Positions 39,204 through 50,405 of a DNA stretch of 64,000 bases are shown in pieces; the first letter of the stretch is position 1, and the number at the start of each line of letters is the position of its first letter. The stretch is from the NCBI GenBank assembly GCA_034520565.1, contig JAXHNL010000002.1, positions 224,001-288,000 on the forward strand, in the 5' to 3' direction. A model generated the notes under the pieces. It was not told the origin of the DNA and did not search any database. It saw only the letters and a program-made list of their open reading frames with translations. A program made the position numbers and the translations under genes. The DNA is from Halodesulfurarchaeum sp. (lineage in GTDB: Archaea > Halobacteriota > Halobacteria > Halobacteriales > Halobacteriaceae).

Positions 39204-40948
39204 CAGTAAAGTGCCTCCAGTTGCTCCGTGATTTCGTCTTCGACCTCCTGGATGAACGGCTCCCAGTCAGCAGCCGTGTTCATCCGGTTGAGGCGAGGTA
39301 GCGATTCGATCGCCGTGACCTCCTCGACCGGGACGCCGGCGTCGAGGGCCGCAAAGGCCGCCTCGTCGAAAGTCCTGATTGCCTGCAACATCCGGTAGGT
39401 CTTCTCCGGGGTACAGGAGGTGTCGACCTCGTGGAACGCGTTCTGCTGGAGCCAGGCCTCGCGGATGTACCGGGCGATCTCGAGTGTCAGCTGCTGGTCC
39501 TCGGGCAGTGCGTCCTTGCCGACGAGCTGGACGATCTCCTTGAGTTCGGTTTCCTCGTCCAGCACGTCGATGGCCCACTGCCGCAGTTCCGGGAAGTCCC
39601 GGGCGACGTTCTCCTCGTACCACGGGTCCAGTTGGTCGCGATACAGCGAGTAAGACTCGTTCCAGTTGATCGCCGGAAAGTGTCGACGCTCGGCGAGGTC
39701 GGCGTCGAGCGCCCAGAAGACGTTGACGATACGGAGCGTGTTCTGGGTGACCGGCTCGGAGAAGTCACCGCCCGGCGGGGAGACCGCCCCGATGACCGAA
39801 ATCGAGCCCTCGGTACCGTTGACGTTCTCGAAGTAGCCGGCCCGTTCGTAGAACTGGGCCAACCGCGAGCCGAGGTAGGCCGGATACCCTTCTTCGCCTG
39901 GCATTTCCTCGAGCCGCGAAGAGATCTCCCGCATCGCCTCCGCCCAGCGGGAGGTCGAGTCGGCCATCAGCGCCACGTTGTAGCCCATATCCCGGAAGTA
40001 TTCGGCCATCGTGATTCCCGTGTAGACCGAGGATTCCCGGGCTGCGACCGGCATGTTCGAGGTGTTCGCGATGAGCGTCGTCCGGGCCATCAGCGGGTTC
40101 CCGGAGATGGGGTCCTCCAGTTCGGGGAAGTCCTCGATGACCTCGGTCATCTCGTTGCCGCGCTCCCCACAGCCCACGTAGACGACGATGTCGGCGTCTG
40201 CCCACTTCGCAAGTTGGTGCTGCGAGACCGTTTTACCGGACCCAAACGGGCCCGGAATCGCGGCCGTGCCGCCCTTGGCGAGGGGAAAGAGCCCATCGAA
40301 GATGCGTTGTCGGGAAACCAGCGGCTCGGTCGGGGTTTGCTTCTCGGCCGACGGCCGGGCCGTCCGAACCGGCCACTCCTGGTGCATCGTGATCTCCTCG
40401 CCCGATTCGAGGGTGACCACCGCCTCCTCGACGGTGTACTCCCCCGCCTCGATCTCGGAGACCGTGCCGCCCTCGGAGTCCGGCGGCACCATGACCTTGT
40501 GATCGATGGAGACCGTCTCCTCGACGATCCCGACGACATCGCCGGGACTCACGTCCTCGCCCACCTCGACGCTTGGTTCGAACTCCCACTCCGTCTCGAG
40601 GTCGACCCCCGGCGCGTCTACCCCGCGGTCGAGGAACGCACCCATCTTCGCCTCCAGGATCTCGAGGGGGCGCTGGACCCCGTCGTAAATCGAGTCGAGA
40701 AGCCCCGGGCCCAAGTCGACCGTCAGCGGTTCGCCCGTCGATTCGACGGGTTCGCCCGGCCGGACTCCCGAGGTCTCCTCGTAGACCTGGATCGTCGTCA
40801 CGTCGCCTTCGATCTCGATGACCTCGCCCATGAGCCCTTCATCGCCGACGTACACGACGTCGTTCATCTGGGCGTCGAGGTCCGTGGCGGTCACGACCGG
40901 ACCGCTCACGCTTTCGATTTGACCGTGTGCTGTAGTCTGCGTACTCAT
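39203..40948 (-). CDS. atpA: A-type ATP synthase subunit A
   Basis: [27 protein letters not shown]; no intein. Confidence 0.97.
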   Translation of the reverse strand: MSTQTTAHGQIESVSGPVVTATDLDAQMNDVVYVGDEGLMGEVIEIEGDVTTIQVYEETSGVRPGEPVESTGEPLTVDLGPGLLDSIYDGVQRPLEILEAKMGAFLDRGVDAPGVDLETEWEFEPSVEVGEDVSPGDVVGIVEETVSIDHKVMVPPDSEGGTVSEIEAGEYTVEEAVVTLESGEEITMHQEWPVRTARPSAEKQTPTEPLVSRQRIFDGLFPLAKGGTAAIPGPFGSGKTVSQHQLAKWADADIVVYVGCGERGNEMTEVIEDFPELEDPISGNPLMARTTLIANTSNMPVAARESSVYTGITMAEYFRDMGYNVALMADSTSRWAEAMREISSRLEEMPGEEGYPAYLGSRLAQFYERAGYFENVNGTEGSISVIGAVSPPGGDFSEPVTQNTLRIVNVFWALDADLAERRHFPAINWNESYSLYRDQLDPWYEENVARDFPELRQWAIDVLDEETELKEIVQLVGKDALPEDQQLTLEIARYIREAWLQQNAFHEVDTSCTPEKTYRMLQAIRTFDEAAFAALDAGVPVEEVTAIESLPRLNRMNTAADWEPFIQEVEDEITEQLEALY

Positions 40949-41280
40949 TAGGATTCCTCCTCGTCCATCAGATCGATGCCGATGGCCCGTTTGATCTGGT
41001 CGCGAAGCCCGGTTCCCCCGGCCTGGCCGCCGCCGAGGGTGAGGACGGTGGGCTCGATGCTTTTCGAGACCGCACGCTCGGTCCTCCGGGAGAGGTACTC
41101 GAGGTCGTCGGCGTGCATGATGACGATCCCGACGTCGTCCCGATCGAGAACGGTTTCGACGGCCTCGTCCAGCCGCTCCGCCTTTTCCCCCTCCCTGACG
41201 TTCTCGAAGACGTGGACCCCGGCGAGGCGGAACCCCGTCGTGAACTCGGGAGCCCCGATGACGGCGATCTCCTGGCTCAT
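40948..41280 (-). CDS. atpF: A-type ATP synthase subunit F
   Basis: [23 protein letters not shown]. Confidence 0.95.
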   Translation of the reverse strand: MSQEIAVIGAPEFTTGFRLAGVHVFENVREGEKAERLDEAVETVLDRDDVGIVIMHADDLEYLSRRTERAVSKSIEPTVLTLGGGQAGGTGLRDQIKRAIGIDLMDEEES

Positions 41281-42326
41281 AGCATCACCAGCTCCTCTTC
41301 GATCGTCGATCGGGACAGACCCGTTTCCACGCCGTGGGCGATCGCCCGAATGTTGTCGACCTCCCGCTCCTTTGCGAGGATGTACGCGAGGACCGGACAG
41401 ACCGAGAGCGGATAGACGTGGGAGAGGCGATCGGCATAGGAGAGCAGTGCCTCCTCCAGTACCCGTTCGAAGGCGCTCACCCCACGCTCGTCCTGCAGGG
41501 CGTCGATTGCCTCCGAGAGGTCCTCCCCGTAGCGGCTTTCCCGGACGTGGGCGATCAGCTGGTCGGTATCCGAGACGAGCGAGTTGATCTCCGCACGGGA
41601 GAACAGTTTTCCGCCCTCGATGAAGTATTCGGCCGGGTCGATGTCGGCTCCCGAGCGGGCGATCCGGAGCCCGTTCAACATGTTTCGGAAGTCGATCTCG
41701 GCCTGGAGGAACTCCCGGTAGAGTTCGAGTGGCCCGGTTTCCCCCGTCGATTCGTAAAACAGTCCCTCGTAGTAGGCCCGGTCGATCGCGTTCTCGAGGG
41801 GGGTCAGCAGGCCGGTCTCCTCGAAGTCCTCGCGAGCCGACTCGACGCTCTTCCCGAAGTCCGTCTCCTCGACGATCGTCTCGATGGCCGTATCGATATC
41901 CGGGGCCGCGATCAGCTGGTCGAAGAACTCGGCGTCGAGTTCCCCGGCGTCGATGAGGTTCTCCCGGATCTCCTCGTCGGTCGCCCCCGAGTTTCGCCCT
42001 CGGAGCACCGTCTTCAGATTCCAGGCGTCGAACTTCCGGAGGTAGCGGGCGACCAGCTCGTAGAGCTGCCCCTCCGAGAACCGGAGCAGGTCGTCGAACT
42101 CGCGGGCGAGGTTCCGGTTCAGGGCGTACTCGATCAGCTGCACCCCGCTGTAACGGGCCCCGAGCTCATTGATCTCGACCTGGTAGGGGGACTCCTCCAT
42201 GAAGCGGGCGATGCCGCCCAGGCCCATTCCGAGGAGTTTCCGGTAGTCGTCCTCGCCGAAAAGCGATGCGCGCCGGTGTCGAACCCTGGCGACGACGTAC
42301 TCGTAGTTGGCCGAGCGGACACTCAT
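41277..42326 (-). CDS. atpC: A-type ATP synthase subunit C
   Basis: [21 protein letters not shown]; operon position. Confidence 0.94.
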   Translation of the reverse strand: MSVRSANYEYVVARVRHRRASLFGEDDYRKLLGMGLGGIARFMEESPYQVEINELGARYSGVQLIEYALNRNLAREFDDLLRFSEGQLYELVARYLRKFDAWNLKTVLRGRNSGATDEEIRENLIDAGELDAEFFDQLIAAPDIDTAIETIVEETDFGKSVESAREDFEETGLLTPLENAIDRAYYEGLFYESTGETGPLELYREFLQAEIDFRNMLNGLRIARSGADIDPAEYFIEGGKLFSRAEINSLVSDTDQLIAHVRESRYGEDLSEAIDALQDERGVSAFERVLEEALLSYADRLSHVYPLSVCPVLAYILAKEREVDNIRAIAHGVETGLSRSTIEEELVML

Positions 42327-42898
42327 TGCTCCTCGAAGAGCACGTCGCTGAGCGATTTCAAATTCTCCTCCCAGACGGTCTCGAGGACGGAGTCGAAGGT
42401 GTTGTCCACCCGGATCCGCCCGTCAGCGCCCTCGAGGACGACCCCACCGAGACAGTCCGTTTCGCCGGCGAGCGTGAATCCGTCGTAGTCCGCGAGGATC
42501 GTCTCGAGAAGGTCTGTATCCGCCGGGCGGGCGTACACCGCCGCCTCTTCGAACTCCGTCACGGCGTCCTCGAGCAGTTCGCGGGTCAGGGCCTCCCGGT
42601 CGTCCTCGTCGAGATCTGCGATCGAGTCTTCCACCCGTTCACGAACGGTCGAGAGGACGTCCCGTCGAGCCTCGAGGCGCTCCTGCTTTGCCTCGAGGGT
42701 CGCATTCGAGATCCGCTGCTCGCGCTCCCCTTCGATCTCCGTCTTTACTTCGCGTTCGGCCGTCTCGCGGATCGACTCGGCCTCGGCTTCGGCCTCCGCC
42801 AGGATCTCCTCGACTTCGACTTCGGCCTCCGCAAGGATCTCCTCGGCATGGGCCTCCGCCTCCGCTTCGATGTCCGCGACGACCGTATCAAGACTCAT
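42323..42898 (-). CDS. atpE: A-type ATP synthase subunit E
   Basis: MSLDTVV, CLGGVV..VDNTFDS; operon position. Confidence 0.94.
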   Translation of the reverse strand: MSLDTVVADIEAEAEAHAEEILAEAEVEVEEILAEAEAEAESIRETAEREVKTEIEGEREQRISNATLEAKQERLEARRDVLSTVRERVEDSIADLDEDDREALTRELLEDAVTEFEEAAVYARPADTDLLETILADYDGFTLAGETDCLGGVVLEGADGRIRVDNTFDSVLETVWEENLKSLSDVLFEEQ

Positions 42899-42910
42899 TA
42901 CTTGTGGAGC

Positions 42911-43156
42911 TTAGACGACGAAGATCGTCACGAGGGCGAGGATCACGAGCGTCTCGGGGATGACCGTCAGGATCAGGCCGATCCCGAACAGATCCTCGTC
43001 CTCGGCGATTGCGCCCATCGCTGCGGCACCGATACTTCGCTCGGCGATCCCGGCCCCCAGGGCGGCGAGTCCGACTGCCAGTGCGGCCCCGGCAGTTGGC
43101 GGGATAGCTGGTTCCTGTGCGATCAAACCGACAACGTTTGCAAGTGTGTCTAGCAT
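42911..43156 (-). CDS. atpK: A-type ATP synthase proteolipid subunit K (c)
   Basis: Single hairpin GLAALGAG..PETLVI with the ion-binding Glu. Confidence 0.95.
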   Translation of the reverse strand: MLDTLANVVGLIAQEPAIPPTAGAALAVGLAALGAGIAERSIGAAAMGAIAEDEDLFGIGLILTVIPETLVILALVTIFVV

Positions 43157-43163
43157 GGGTTAC

Positions 43164-45386
43164 TCAGTCCGTAGTGGTGTAACGACGAGTGTATCCGAAC
43201 GGTTCGTAGTTGGCTCCACCGCCTTCATAAAACTTCCCAAAGAACTCGACGTATTCCAGGCGCACAGCCTGTAAGCCGGCACTTGTAATACCAAGGGCCA
43301 ACACGAGAAGGTGCCCGACGAAGAGCACGAGCACCCCGCCGAGCCAGCCGAGCGGGCCCATATTGATGAGCCCCCCGAAGAGCACTGTCGCCCCTTCCGG
43401 CGCGTGTGCGTGGCCCCCAATCACGAGGAAGTGAAACAGGCCCGCCGGGTCCTGGTAGGCGCCGAAAAAGAGCAGGTTGACCACGAAGGCCATCCCCGCC
43501 TTCGCCAGCAGGACCGCGGCGATCCGGGTGTACGAGAGCACGTTCACGAGGACGTTGAGACTCTCGAGGAGCCCGAGTGCCCCTTCGCCGAGAACCAGCA
43601 GGCCGAGGCCGGCCCCCGCGAGGACAAGCCCCGCGAGGCCAACGGCCTCCGGAAACCCACCGAAGCCGAGCGAGAAAGCCACCTGGTCGGCGGCGATCGT
43701 CGACCCCGTCGGGATCGTCGCTTCCGCCCGGTTGAACACCGTGAACAGCAAGTCCGGTTTCGCCGCGGCCGCGTGGGTACTGAAGATCCACAGCCAGATG
43801 CCCCCCATCAGCACGATCCACGAGCCCTTCTCGAGGAAGGCGTCTTTCACGCCGTGTGAGAGCAGGTTGAGGAACCCGAAGACGTACCCCGCGGTCAGGT
43901 GGAGGAGCCCCACGAACAGGGTCATGAACAGCCAGGCCTGTGCGTACGCGAGGAAGTTCGGCTGGAGACCCTTGTGGAGCGGCGGATGACCGCCCCAGAG
44001 GACGTCACCGAGCCCGTGCAGGCCAAATATCTCCCCGTAGAGCACGCCGAAAAGGATCGTAAAGGCGCCAGCCCAGGCGGCGATCCCGCCGAGGCTCTTG
44101 AGCCCGTCACTCTCGACGCGGGTGACGATCAGATAGCCGATGGCGGCATACAGGATGCCATAGCCAACGTCCCCGATCATGAAGCCGAACATGAGCGGGA
44201 ACGTGAGCAGGATCGCGATCGTGGGATCGAGTTCCCAGTAGGTCGGGCGGTTGATCGCCTTGACCAGCACCTCGAACGGTTTCGCGATCGCCGGGTTGTC
44301 GAGGACGACCGGCGGCGTGTCACCCGATTCGAGTTCGACGTTCCCGCCGTCGGCGGCCACCGCTTCGTCGCCTGTGGCCGCCTCCGCTGTCGCCTCCGGG
44401 TCCGAAGCGTCTGCCTCGCCATCGCCTCCTTCCCCGTGATCCGCGTGGGACGGCGCGTATTCGCCGTGCTCGGCCACTTCGAGCTGGTCAACCGCGACGT
44501 GCCCGTCGGCGGCCTCCGTGACTGCCGATTCGAAGGTCCCGTAATCCTCGGCGGGGATCCAGCCCTCGGCCACGAAGGCGTGGTCCGTCGTCGCGAAGCG
44601 AAGCGGCGCTTCCCGTTTCTGGACGTCGATACTGAGGGCCTCCTCGACCGCCAGCAGGAAGTCACCGTGTTCCGCTCGGGCGGTGGCCAGTTCCTCGTCG
44701 ATGGTCTCGAGTTCGGCCTGCAGCTCGTCGCGTTTCTCGCGGAGCTCCTCCGTCAGCGCTTCGGGAGTGCCCTCGCCCTCGGGGACGTCGTACTCGGTGA
44801 ACTCGACCCCGACCAAAGCGTCTTCGACCGCGGCCGTCGCCGGGTAGACGAACGCGGCGAGTACGTCCTCGCCGGTAAAGACCTCGAACGCTTCGACGTC
44901 CGCGGCCGCGTCGAGGGCGTCCCGGACGCCGTCAGTGTCGCCGAGGCCGACGGTCACCGAGAGGTTCTCGTAGCCGCGAAGTAAGTCGAGATCGATATCG
45001 AGGTCGACGTACGGGCGCACGTCGCTCAGTTCGTCCTCGACGGTGGCCAGTTCGCTCCGCACGGCCGACCGACGGTCGTCGAGATCGGTGACCTCGGCCC
45101 GGATCGAGTCGAGTCGGTCCGGAATCGTCTCGCGGTCGAGGATCCGGGGTTCCTCGACGTCCACGTCACCGATCTCCAGCATCGACTCGAGGGAGCGAAC
45201 GGTCACGAGTCGGTCCGCCGCCGATTCGGCCCCGGAAAGCGGGCTTCCCGTCTCGAAGCCCTCGATCTGGCCCGCGTATTCCGAGAGGTGAACGAGGTCG
45301 AGGTCGTGGATGGCTTCGATGACCGGCTTGATGACCCGATTCGAGCCCGTCACCGAGATTTTGCTCATTCGCTCAGGTCTGAGCAT
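43164..45386 (-). CDS. atpI: A-type ATP synthase subunit I (a)
   Basis: MLRPERMS start, FGFMIGDVGYG, LSYTRI, RLEYVEFFGKFY. Confidence 0.96.
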   Translation of the reverse strand: MLRPERMSKISVTGSNRVIKPVIEAIHDLDLVHLSEYAGQIEGFETGSPLSGAESAADRLVTVRSLESMLEIGDVDVEEPRILDRETIPDRLDSIRAEVTDLDDRRSAVRSELATVEDELSDVRPYVDLDIDLDLLRGYENLSVTVGLGDTDGVRDALDAAADVEAFEVFTGEDVLAAFVYPATAAVEDALVGVEFTEYDVPEGEGTPEALTEELREKRDELQAELETIDEELATARAEHGDFLLAVEEALSIDVQKREAPLRFATTDHAFVAEGWIPAEDYGTFESAVTEAADGHVAVDQLEVAEHGEYAPSHADHGEGGDGEADASDPEATAEAATGDEAVAADGGNVELESGDTPPVVLDNPAIAKPFEVLVKAINRPTYWELDPTIAILLTFPLMFGFMIGDVGYGILYAAIGYLIVTRVESDGLKSLGGIAAWAGAFTILFGVLYGEIFGLHGLGDVLWGGHPPLHKGLQPNFLAYAQAWLFMTLFVGLLHLTAGYVFGFLNLLSHGVKDAFLEKGSWIVLMGGIWLWIFSTHAAAAKPDLLFTVFNRAEATIPTGSTIAADQVAFSLGFGGFPEAVGLAGLVLAGAGLGLLVLGEGALGLLESLNVLVNVLSYTRIAAVLLAKAGMAFVVNLLFFGAYQDPAGLFHFLVIGGHAHAPEGATVLFGGLINMGPLGWLGGVLVLFVGHLLVLALGITSAGLQAVRLEYVEFFGKFYEGGGANYEPFGYTRRYTTTD

Positions 45387-45705
45387 GCACCGCCTCCGTG
45401 AACCGTTCGAGGGCGAGTTCGACCGCATCGTCGATCCGCGATTCGGCCTGTGCTGTGAGAGCGTCCCGCTCCTCGCGGCCGTCCTCGAGAATAGCCTCGC
45501 GCTCGGCTTCGATCTCCTCGCGGGCGGCTTCGAGTCGTTCCTCCCGGTGGGCCCGGGCCTCGGATTCGGCCTCGTCGACGATCTCCTCGGCCTCGGACCG
45601 TGCCTCGGCGACGATCTCTTCGGCCTCCTCCCGTGCGGCCGCGACCCTGGAATCGGCCGCCGACTCGGCCTCTTTGATGGTTTCGAGAACCTCTGGTCTC
45701 GGCAT
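45373..45705 (-). CDS. atpH: A-type ATP synthase subunit H
   Basis: MPRPEVL, E/A-rich coiled coil; first gene of the operon. Confidence 0.93.
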   Translation of the reverse strand: MPRPEVLETIKEAESAADSRVAAAREEAEEIVAEARSEAEEIVDEAESEARAHREERLEAAREEIEAEREAILEDGREERDALTAQAESRIDDAVELALERFTEAVHAQT

Positions 45706-45825
45706 TCTGGTTTCTGGATTTGGTTTCTCAGAGCCCGTATTTGGGCGTTGCGAAAACAGTCGTCCGGTCAGGAGCCCGATTCCGGAAAGGAAGCGCTAAA
45801 GGGCGGCAGTACCCAACTGCGGACA

Positions 45826-46449
45826 ATGGGCGTCCTGGAGGACAAATCACGAGCGCGACTCTTCTACAAGTACCTCTCGAAGGTGTACGACCGGGTCAAC
45901 GCCTACGTCTTCACGGAGCCGATGCGCGAGGACGCGATCGACCACCTCGAACTCGAGGCGGGTGACCGGGTGCTCGACGTGGGCTGTGGCACCGGTTTCG
46001 GGACCGAGGGGCTGAAGGGCCGCACCGACGAGATCCTCGGCCTCGACCAGAGCCCACATCAGATGGCCAAGGCCCGGGAGCGCCTGGACGAGACGGCGTT
46101 GCTGGGGTTCACCATGGGCGATGCGGAGCGGCTCCCGATCAAGACGAACGCCTTCGACGCCGCGTGGTCCTCCGGATCGATCGAGTACTGGCCGAATCCG
46201 GTCGACGGATTGGCCGAGATGCGCCGGGTCGTCAAGCCCGGCGGACGCGTGGTCGTCGTCGGTCCGTACTATCCCGATTCGTGGCTTGGCCGGAAGATCG
46301 TCGACGCCATCATGCTCTTTTACGACGAGGCGGAGGCCGACCAAATGTTCCGGGAGGCCGGGTACGATGAGTTCCACCACGAGGTCGTCGGCTCGCAGTA
46401 CAAGTCGGATCTCGCCATCGTCTCGGTCGGCGTCGTCCCCGAGGAGTGA
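45826..46449 (+). CDS. SAM-dependent methyltransferase (UbiE/MPBQ-MT-like)
   Basis: VLDVGCGTG, LDQSPHQ, GDAERLP, SSGSIEYWP; start at 45826. Confidence 0.9.
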   Translation: MGVLEDKSRARLFYKYLSKVYDRVNAYVFTEPMREDAIDHLELEAGDRVLDVGCGTGFGTEGLKGRTDEILGLDQSPHQMAKARERLDETALLGFTMGDAERLPIKTNAFDAAWSSGSIEYWPNPVDGLAEMRRVVKPGGRVVVVGPYYPDSWLGRKIVDAIMLFYDEAEADQMFREAGYDEFHHEVVGSQYKSDLAIVSVGVVPEE

Positions 46450-46552
46450 TCGGCCAGGGAGACGCCGCAGACCGCAACGATCACAACCCACGGGCGACAC
46501 AACTGGTGCTACTCAGTGGGGCGCTCGCCGATTCGGTTCCGGATCCGGGCCG

Positions 46553-47047
46553 TCAGGGACCACCCCCAGAGACGGTGGCGCTGGCCTGAGCGATCGGACG
46601 ACCGTCCCGAAGCACCTCGACAGTCACCTCGTCACCGGTCCGGGGAACCGGATCGTTCGAGTCGCTGATCGCAAACGAGGCCGTCTCACCGACCGTCCAC
46701 TCGGGGTCCGAGGCGGAGTTGAATGGGCCCGTCGGGCCCGCTTCGAACCCGGTCGTGGAGAAAAACGGGACCGGTGGCTGATTTTCGAGCGGAGTCCCGT
46801 CGACGGCGACCGAGACGGTGACTTCGCTCACGTCGATCGAATCGCCGGCCTCGTGGGTGAGGATCACCTCTCCGTCGGGGCCGGCCTCGACCGAGAGGCG
46901 GGTGAATTCCGCCAAATCGTCGCCCCCGGTCCCGACCGGCCCACCGAGAGCGGCGGTCCCGACGGTGGTGACGAGAATGGCCGCGAGCGCGACGGTAATC
47001 GTTGCGAGCAGGAGCGTGCCGAAGACGGGAGTGATGGCGCGGGTCAC
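46553..47047 (-). CDS. Archaeal type IV pilin-like protein
   Basis: Class III signal RA|ITPVFGTLLLATITVALAA; HEAGD and WTVGE motifs. Confidence 0.8.
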   Translation of the reverse strand: MTRAITPVFGTLLLATITVALAAILVTTVGTAALGGPVGTGGDDLAEFTRLSVEAGPDGEVILTHEAGDSIDVSEVTVSVAVDGTPLENQPPVPFFSTTGFEAGPTGPFNSASDPEWTVGETASFAISDSNDPVPRTGDEVTVEVLRDGRPIAQASATVSGGGP

Positions 47048-47112
47048 GCGGCGAGTTGGCCCGACCTTCCCGGATAAACCTCCGCCCTCACGCGACCTCC
47101 CGGCGGGCCGCC

Positions 47113-48321
47113 CTATTCGGGATTCACTTCCAGTTCGAGCGAGCCCGCGGCCGTTTCGGCGGTGACGGTGAACGACTCGGCGGGTGTCAGCAGCCAGATG
47201 GGCCCGTTCTCCGTAGATCCCACCACCGACCCGTTCGCGCTGACAGTGGCCGAAATCGGGGCCCCGGTCTCGTTCACGACCTGAACGCGGAGCGGGGCGC
47301 CAGCTCTCGCATTCGATATCTGGAGGGTGGTATTGTCGATGGTCGTCGACTGCCCGTCGACCACCGGCAGACTCGAGAGGGACTTCTCCTGGACCTCGCG
47401 ATAGACGTTGCCCGAGGAGGTATCGAGAAGGCTGTTCAGGACACCGTGCCCGTGGGAGAGCTGGAAGCGGAAGACGTCCTGGCCGACCGTGTTGATGCTC
47501 ACGTCGCCCTTGTGCTCCCAGGCCCAGGGATAGAGTTCCGCGATCCGACTCTGGGCCGCATCGAGGTCGACGCCACCGACCGCGTCGTCGCGGGCGTCCG
47601 TGCGCATGATCTCCCGGACGTACGTCCCATCGCGGATCGCCGAGAGCGCCATCCCGTCCGCGGAGACGGCAACGAAGATGTCGCCGGTTCCGTCCCCGCC
47701 AGTGACCGCCGTGCCCGCCTCCTCGGCGAGCGGGCCGGTGTATCGGACGGTATCGGTCTGGGCTGCCGCGAGACGGTCCTCCAGGCCGGGGTGTCCGTCG
47801 GCGAGTCCCTCGTAGGCGTCGATCGTCCGTTCGATGGCCCGGGCTTCGCGATTGACCTCGCCGACCGTCGCGAGGTACTCGTCGGGACCGATTTCGCCGT
47901 CACGGAGGCGCTCGCGGGCCGCCCGCTCGCGTTCGGCGAGCGCGTCGACCCGGGTTTCGGTTCTGTCGACGGCCGCGGACAGGAGTGCTTCGGCGTCGGT
48001 GACGGGCTGGGCGAGCCGGTTCTCGACCGCCCGCCGATCGAGTTCCGACTCGACGGCACCCGTTTCGGCCTGCAACGCGTTCGTCACGGAAACGGAACCG
48101 GTCCCGGTCCCGCTCTTTGCGACGGCGTCGAGTTCGAGCATCCGTGTCGTGTTCGGCCCGATCTCGGCGGGCTGGAAGCGCAGCGGGTCCGTATCGGTCG
48201 TCTGAACCGTCGATGTGCCCATCCCACTCGCCGCGGCCGGCGTGCCCGCTCCCAGCGCGAGTCCGACTCCCAAAACGAGGAGGACGAGGACCGGGAGGAC
48301 CGTTCGGAGCGGGTGGGTCAT
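47113..48321 (-). CDS. Conserved exported haloarchaeal protein of unknown function
   Basis: Signal peptide, helical middle region, ELYPW motif; acidic composition. Confidence 0.75.
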   Translation of the reverse strand: MTHPLRTVLPVLVLLVLGVGLALGAGTPAAASGMGTSTVQTTDTDPLRFQPAEIGPNTTRMLELDAVAKSGTGTGSVSVTNALQAETGAVESELDRRAVENRLAQPVTDAEALLSAAVDRTETRVDALAERERAARERLRDGEIGPDEYLATVGEVNREARAIERTIDAYEGLADGHPGLEDRLAAAQTDTVRYTGPLAEEAGTAVTGGDGTGDIFVAVSADGMALSAIRDGTYVREIMRTDARDDAVGGVDLDAAQSRIAELYPWAWEHKGDVSINTVGQDVFRFQLSHGHGVLNSLLDTSSGNVYREVQEKSLSSLPVVDGQSTTIDNTTLQISNARAGAPLRVQVVNETGAPISATVSANGSVVGSTENGPIWLLTPAESFTVTAETAAGSLELEVNPE

Positions 48322-48496
48322 GTCCCTTGATTCGATGCCCCTGCTCAAAAACGATGCGGAGACTCCGGCCGCGCTTTGATCCTTCCACGTGAAACAGTCC
48401 CACCGCTCACCTGGCGAAAACCGACAGGGGGCGGAACGCCAATCGCCATCGAACCAATGGAAAGGACTTTGAGCGTCGGCAAGCCACAATGTACCA

Positions 48497-49564
48497 ATGC
48501 GACGGGCTGCCCTCCTCGCGATATTAGCCCTCATCGTGGTTTCCCTCGTGGCCACAGCGCCGGTCGCGGCGACGCCGACACACGAGAAAACCTCCTTCGA
48601 GATCGACATCCAGGAGGACGGCGACGCCGTCTGGACGGTCTCGACGAGCTATCGCCTCGAGAACGAGTCGGACCTGGCCGCCTTCGAGCAGCTGCGGGCC
48701 GAGCACGAGTCCGGGGTCGACTCCACTCCCGATCCGGACCTCTTCCGGACCGCGGCCGACCAGGTCGCCGCCGAAACCGGTCGGTCGATGCAGATTCGAG
48801 ACGTGAACCTGAGCGGCACGGTGACCGATCGGGGGAACGTCTCCGTCGGCGTCCTCAGACTCTCCTTTACCTGGACGAACTTCGCCGTCGTCACCGAGGA
48901 CCAGGTGTCAGTCGAGGCGGCCTTCGCTGGCGGGTGGTTCGGTGACCTGGCAGAAAACCAGACGCTCCTGATCCAGCCGCCGCCCGATTACCGATTCCTC
49001 CGGGCGAACCCGTCGACGGACATCGTGGACGGCGGGCTGCAGTGGGATGGTCCACAGACCTTCGGAGCGGACGAACCGACCGTCGTTTTCGAGGCGTTCG
49101 AGCCGGCCGCGGGGCTGCTCGACCTGCTCTCGCCGATGGTCGCCGGGATCGGAGCGGCGATCCTCGGAATCGCGCTCCTGATCGGCTGGCGACGTGGCTA
49201 CCTCGGCCAGCCCGTGGAGGCGGACGAAGCGAGGTCGGGTCCCGGCGACGGGGACCCGTCTGCCGCTTTACCGTCAGGTAAAGGGGAATCGGGAGCGCTC
49301 GACGGGGAACCCGTCGAGGCGACCGGAGCCGCCTCCGCCGCACCTGACGTCGATACCGACCTGCTGAGCGACGAGGAGCGCGTCGAGCACCTCCTCCGGG
49401 AACACGACGGGCGAATGAAACAGGCCCGGATCGTCGAGGAGACTCGATGGTCCAACGCCAAGGTCTCCCAACTGCTCTCCTCGATGGCCGAGGCAGGCCG
49501 GATCGAGAAACTTCGCATCGGACGGGAAAACCTCATCTCCCTGCCCGAGGAGACGGAGGAATAG
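48497..49564 (+). CDS. Membrane-anchored protein with extracellular domain and C-terminal winged HTH
   Basis: Signal peptide, one TM helix, C-terminal LSDEERV..GRMKQ..WSNAKVS..RIGREN. Confidence 0.85.
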   Translation: MRRAALLAILALIVVSLVATAPVAATPTHEKTSFEIDIQEDGDAVWTVSTSYRLENESDLAAFEQLRAEHESGVDSTPDPDLFRTAADQVAAETGRSMQIRDVNLSGTVTDRGNVSVGVLRLSFTWTNFAVVTEDQVSVEAAFAGGWFGDLAENQTLLIQPPPDYRFLRANPSTDIVDGGLQWDGPQTFGADEPTVVFEAFEPAAGLLDLLSPMVAGIGAAILGIALLIGWRRGYLGQPVEADEARSGPGDGDPSAALPSGKGESGALDGEPVEATGAASAAPDVDTDLLSDEERVEHLLREHDGRMKQARIVEETRWSNAKVSQLLSSMAEAGRIEKLRIGRENLISLPEETEE

Positions 49565-49610
49565 GCGGATTTCGCAAGGATTTAGCGCGGATGGCGGGTA
49601 GCCCAAGTCG

Positions 49611-50405
49611 ATGAAGATTCTGGTCACCTTCGCCGAGGTGGCAGCCGTCGCCGACAACTTCGAGATCGAGGACGGGGCCGTCGACGAGCGGTTCCTGGAG
49701 TACGACCAAAACGAGTGGGACGAGTACGCCCTCGAGGAGGCCGTTTCGCTCCGCGAGGCGGGGGTCGCCGACGAGGTCGTCCTCGTGACCATCGGTCCCG
49801 AACGTGCCGTGGACACGATCCGGATGGGACTCGCGAAGGGGGCCGACCGGGCGATCAGGATCTGGGACGAGTCTCTCGCCGACGGGGCTTTGGTTGACGT
49901 CTCCTCGCGGGCCGCCCTGCTGGCCCCGGTCATCGAGGAGGAGGATCCGACCCTCGTGCTCTCGGGCGTCCAGGCAGCCGACGACGGCTACGGGACGACG
50001 GGAGTGACCCTGGCGCGCAGACTGGAATACCAGTGGGCCGCCGTCGTCAACGAACTCTCGCTCGACCCGGAGGACAGCACGGCCCGCGTCCGTCGGGAAC
50101 TCGAGGGTGGGATCGAGGAGGTGACCGTGCTCGACCTCCCGGCGGTGCTGACGATCCAGACCGGGATCAACGATCCACGCTACGCCAGCCTCCGCGGCCT
50201 CCAGGAGGCTCAGACCCAGGAGATCGACGTGCGCACGCCCGCGGATCTCGGTGTGCGTGACAGCGAGCTCGAGTCCGCCCTGGAACTGGGTGACTTCGCC
50301 GAGCCCGAATCCAAGACCGACACCGAGTACGTCGAGGGCGACCCGGCAGAACAGGCCACGGCGATCGGGGATCTGTTGGTGGAACAGGGGGTGATCGAGG
50401 AATGA
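49611..50405 (+). CDS. etfB: Electron transfer flavoprotein beta subunit
   Basis: NEWDEYALEEA, GADRA, GVQAADD, INDPRYAS. Confidence 0.93.
   Translation: MKILVTFAEVAAVADNFEIEDGAVDERFLEYDQNEWDEYALEEAVSLREAGVADEVVLVTIGPERAVDTIRMGLAKGADRAIRIWDESLADGALVDVSSRAALLAPVIEEEDPTLVLSGVQAADDGYGTTGVTLARRLEYQWAAVVNELSLDPEDSTARVRRELEGGIEEVTVLDLPAVLTIQTGINDPRYASLRGLQEAQTQEIDVRTPADLGVRDSELESALELGDFAEPESKTDTEYVEGDPAEQATAIGDLLVEQGVIEE

Noticed and set aside
42911-43156. Na+-coupling inferred from the E..ET motif in subunit K
   Set aside because: The same motif is general in haloarchaeal proteolipids, so it is not diagnostic by itself
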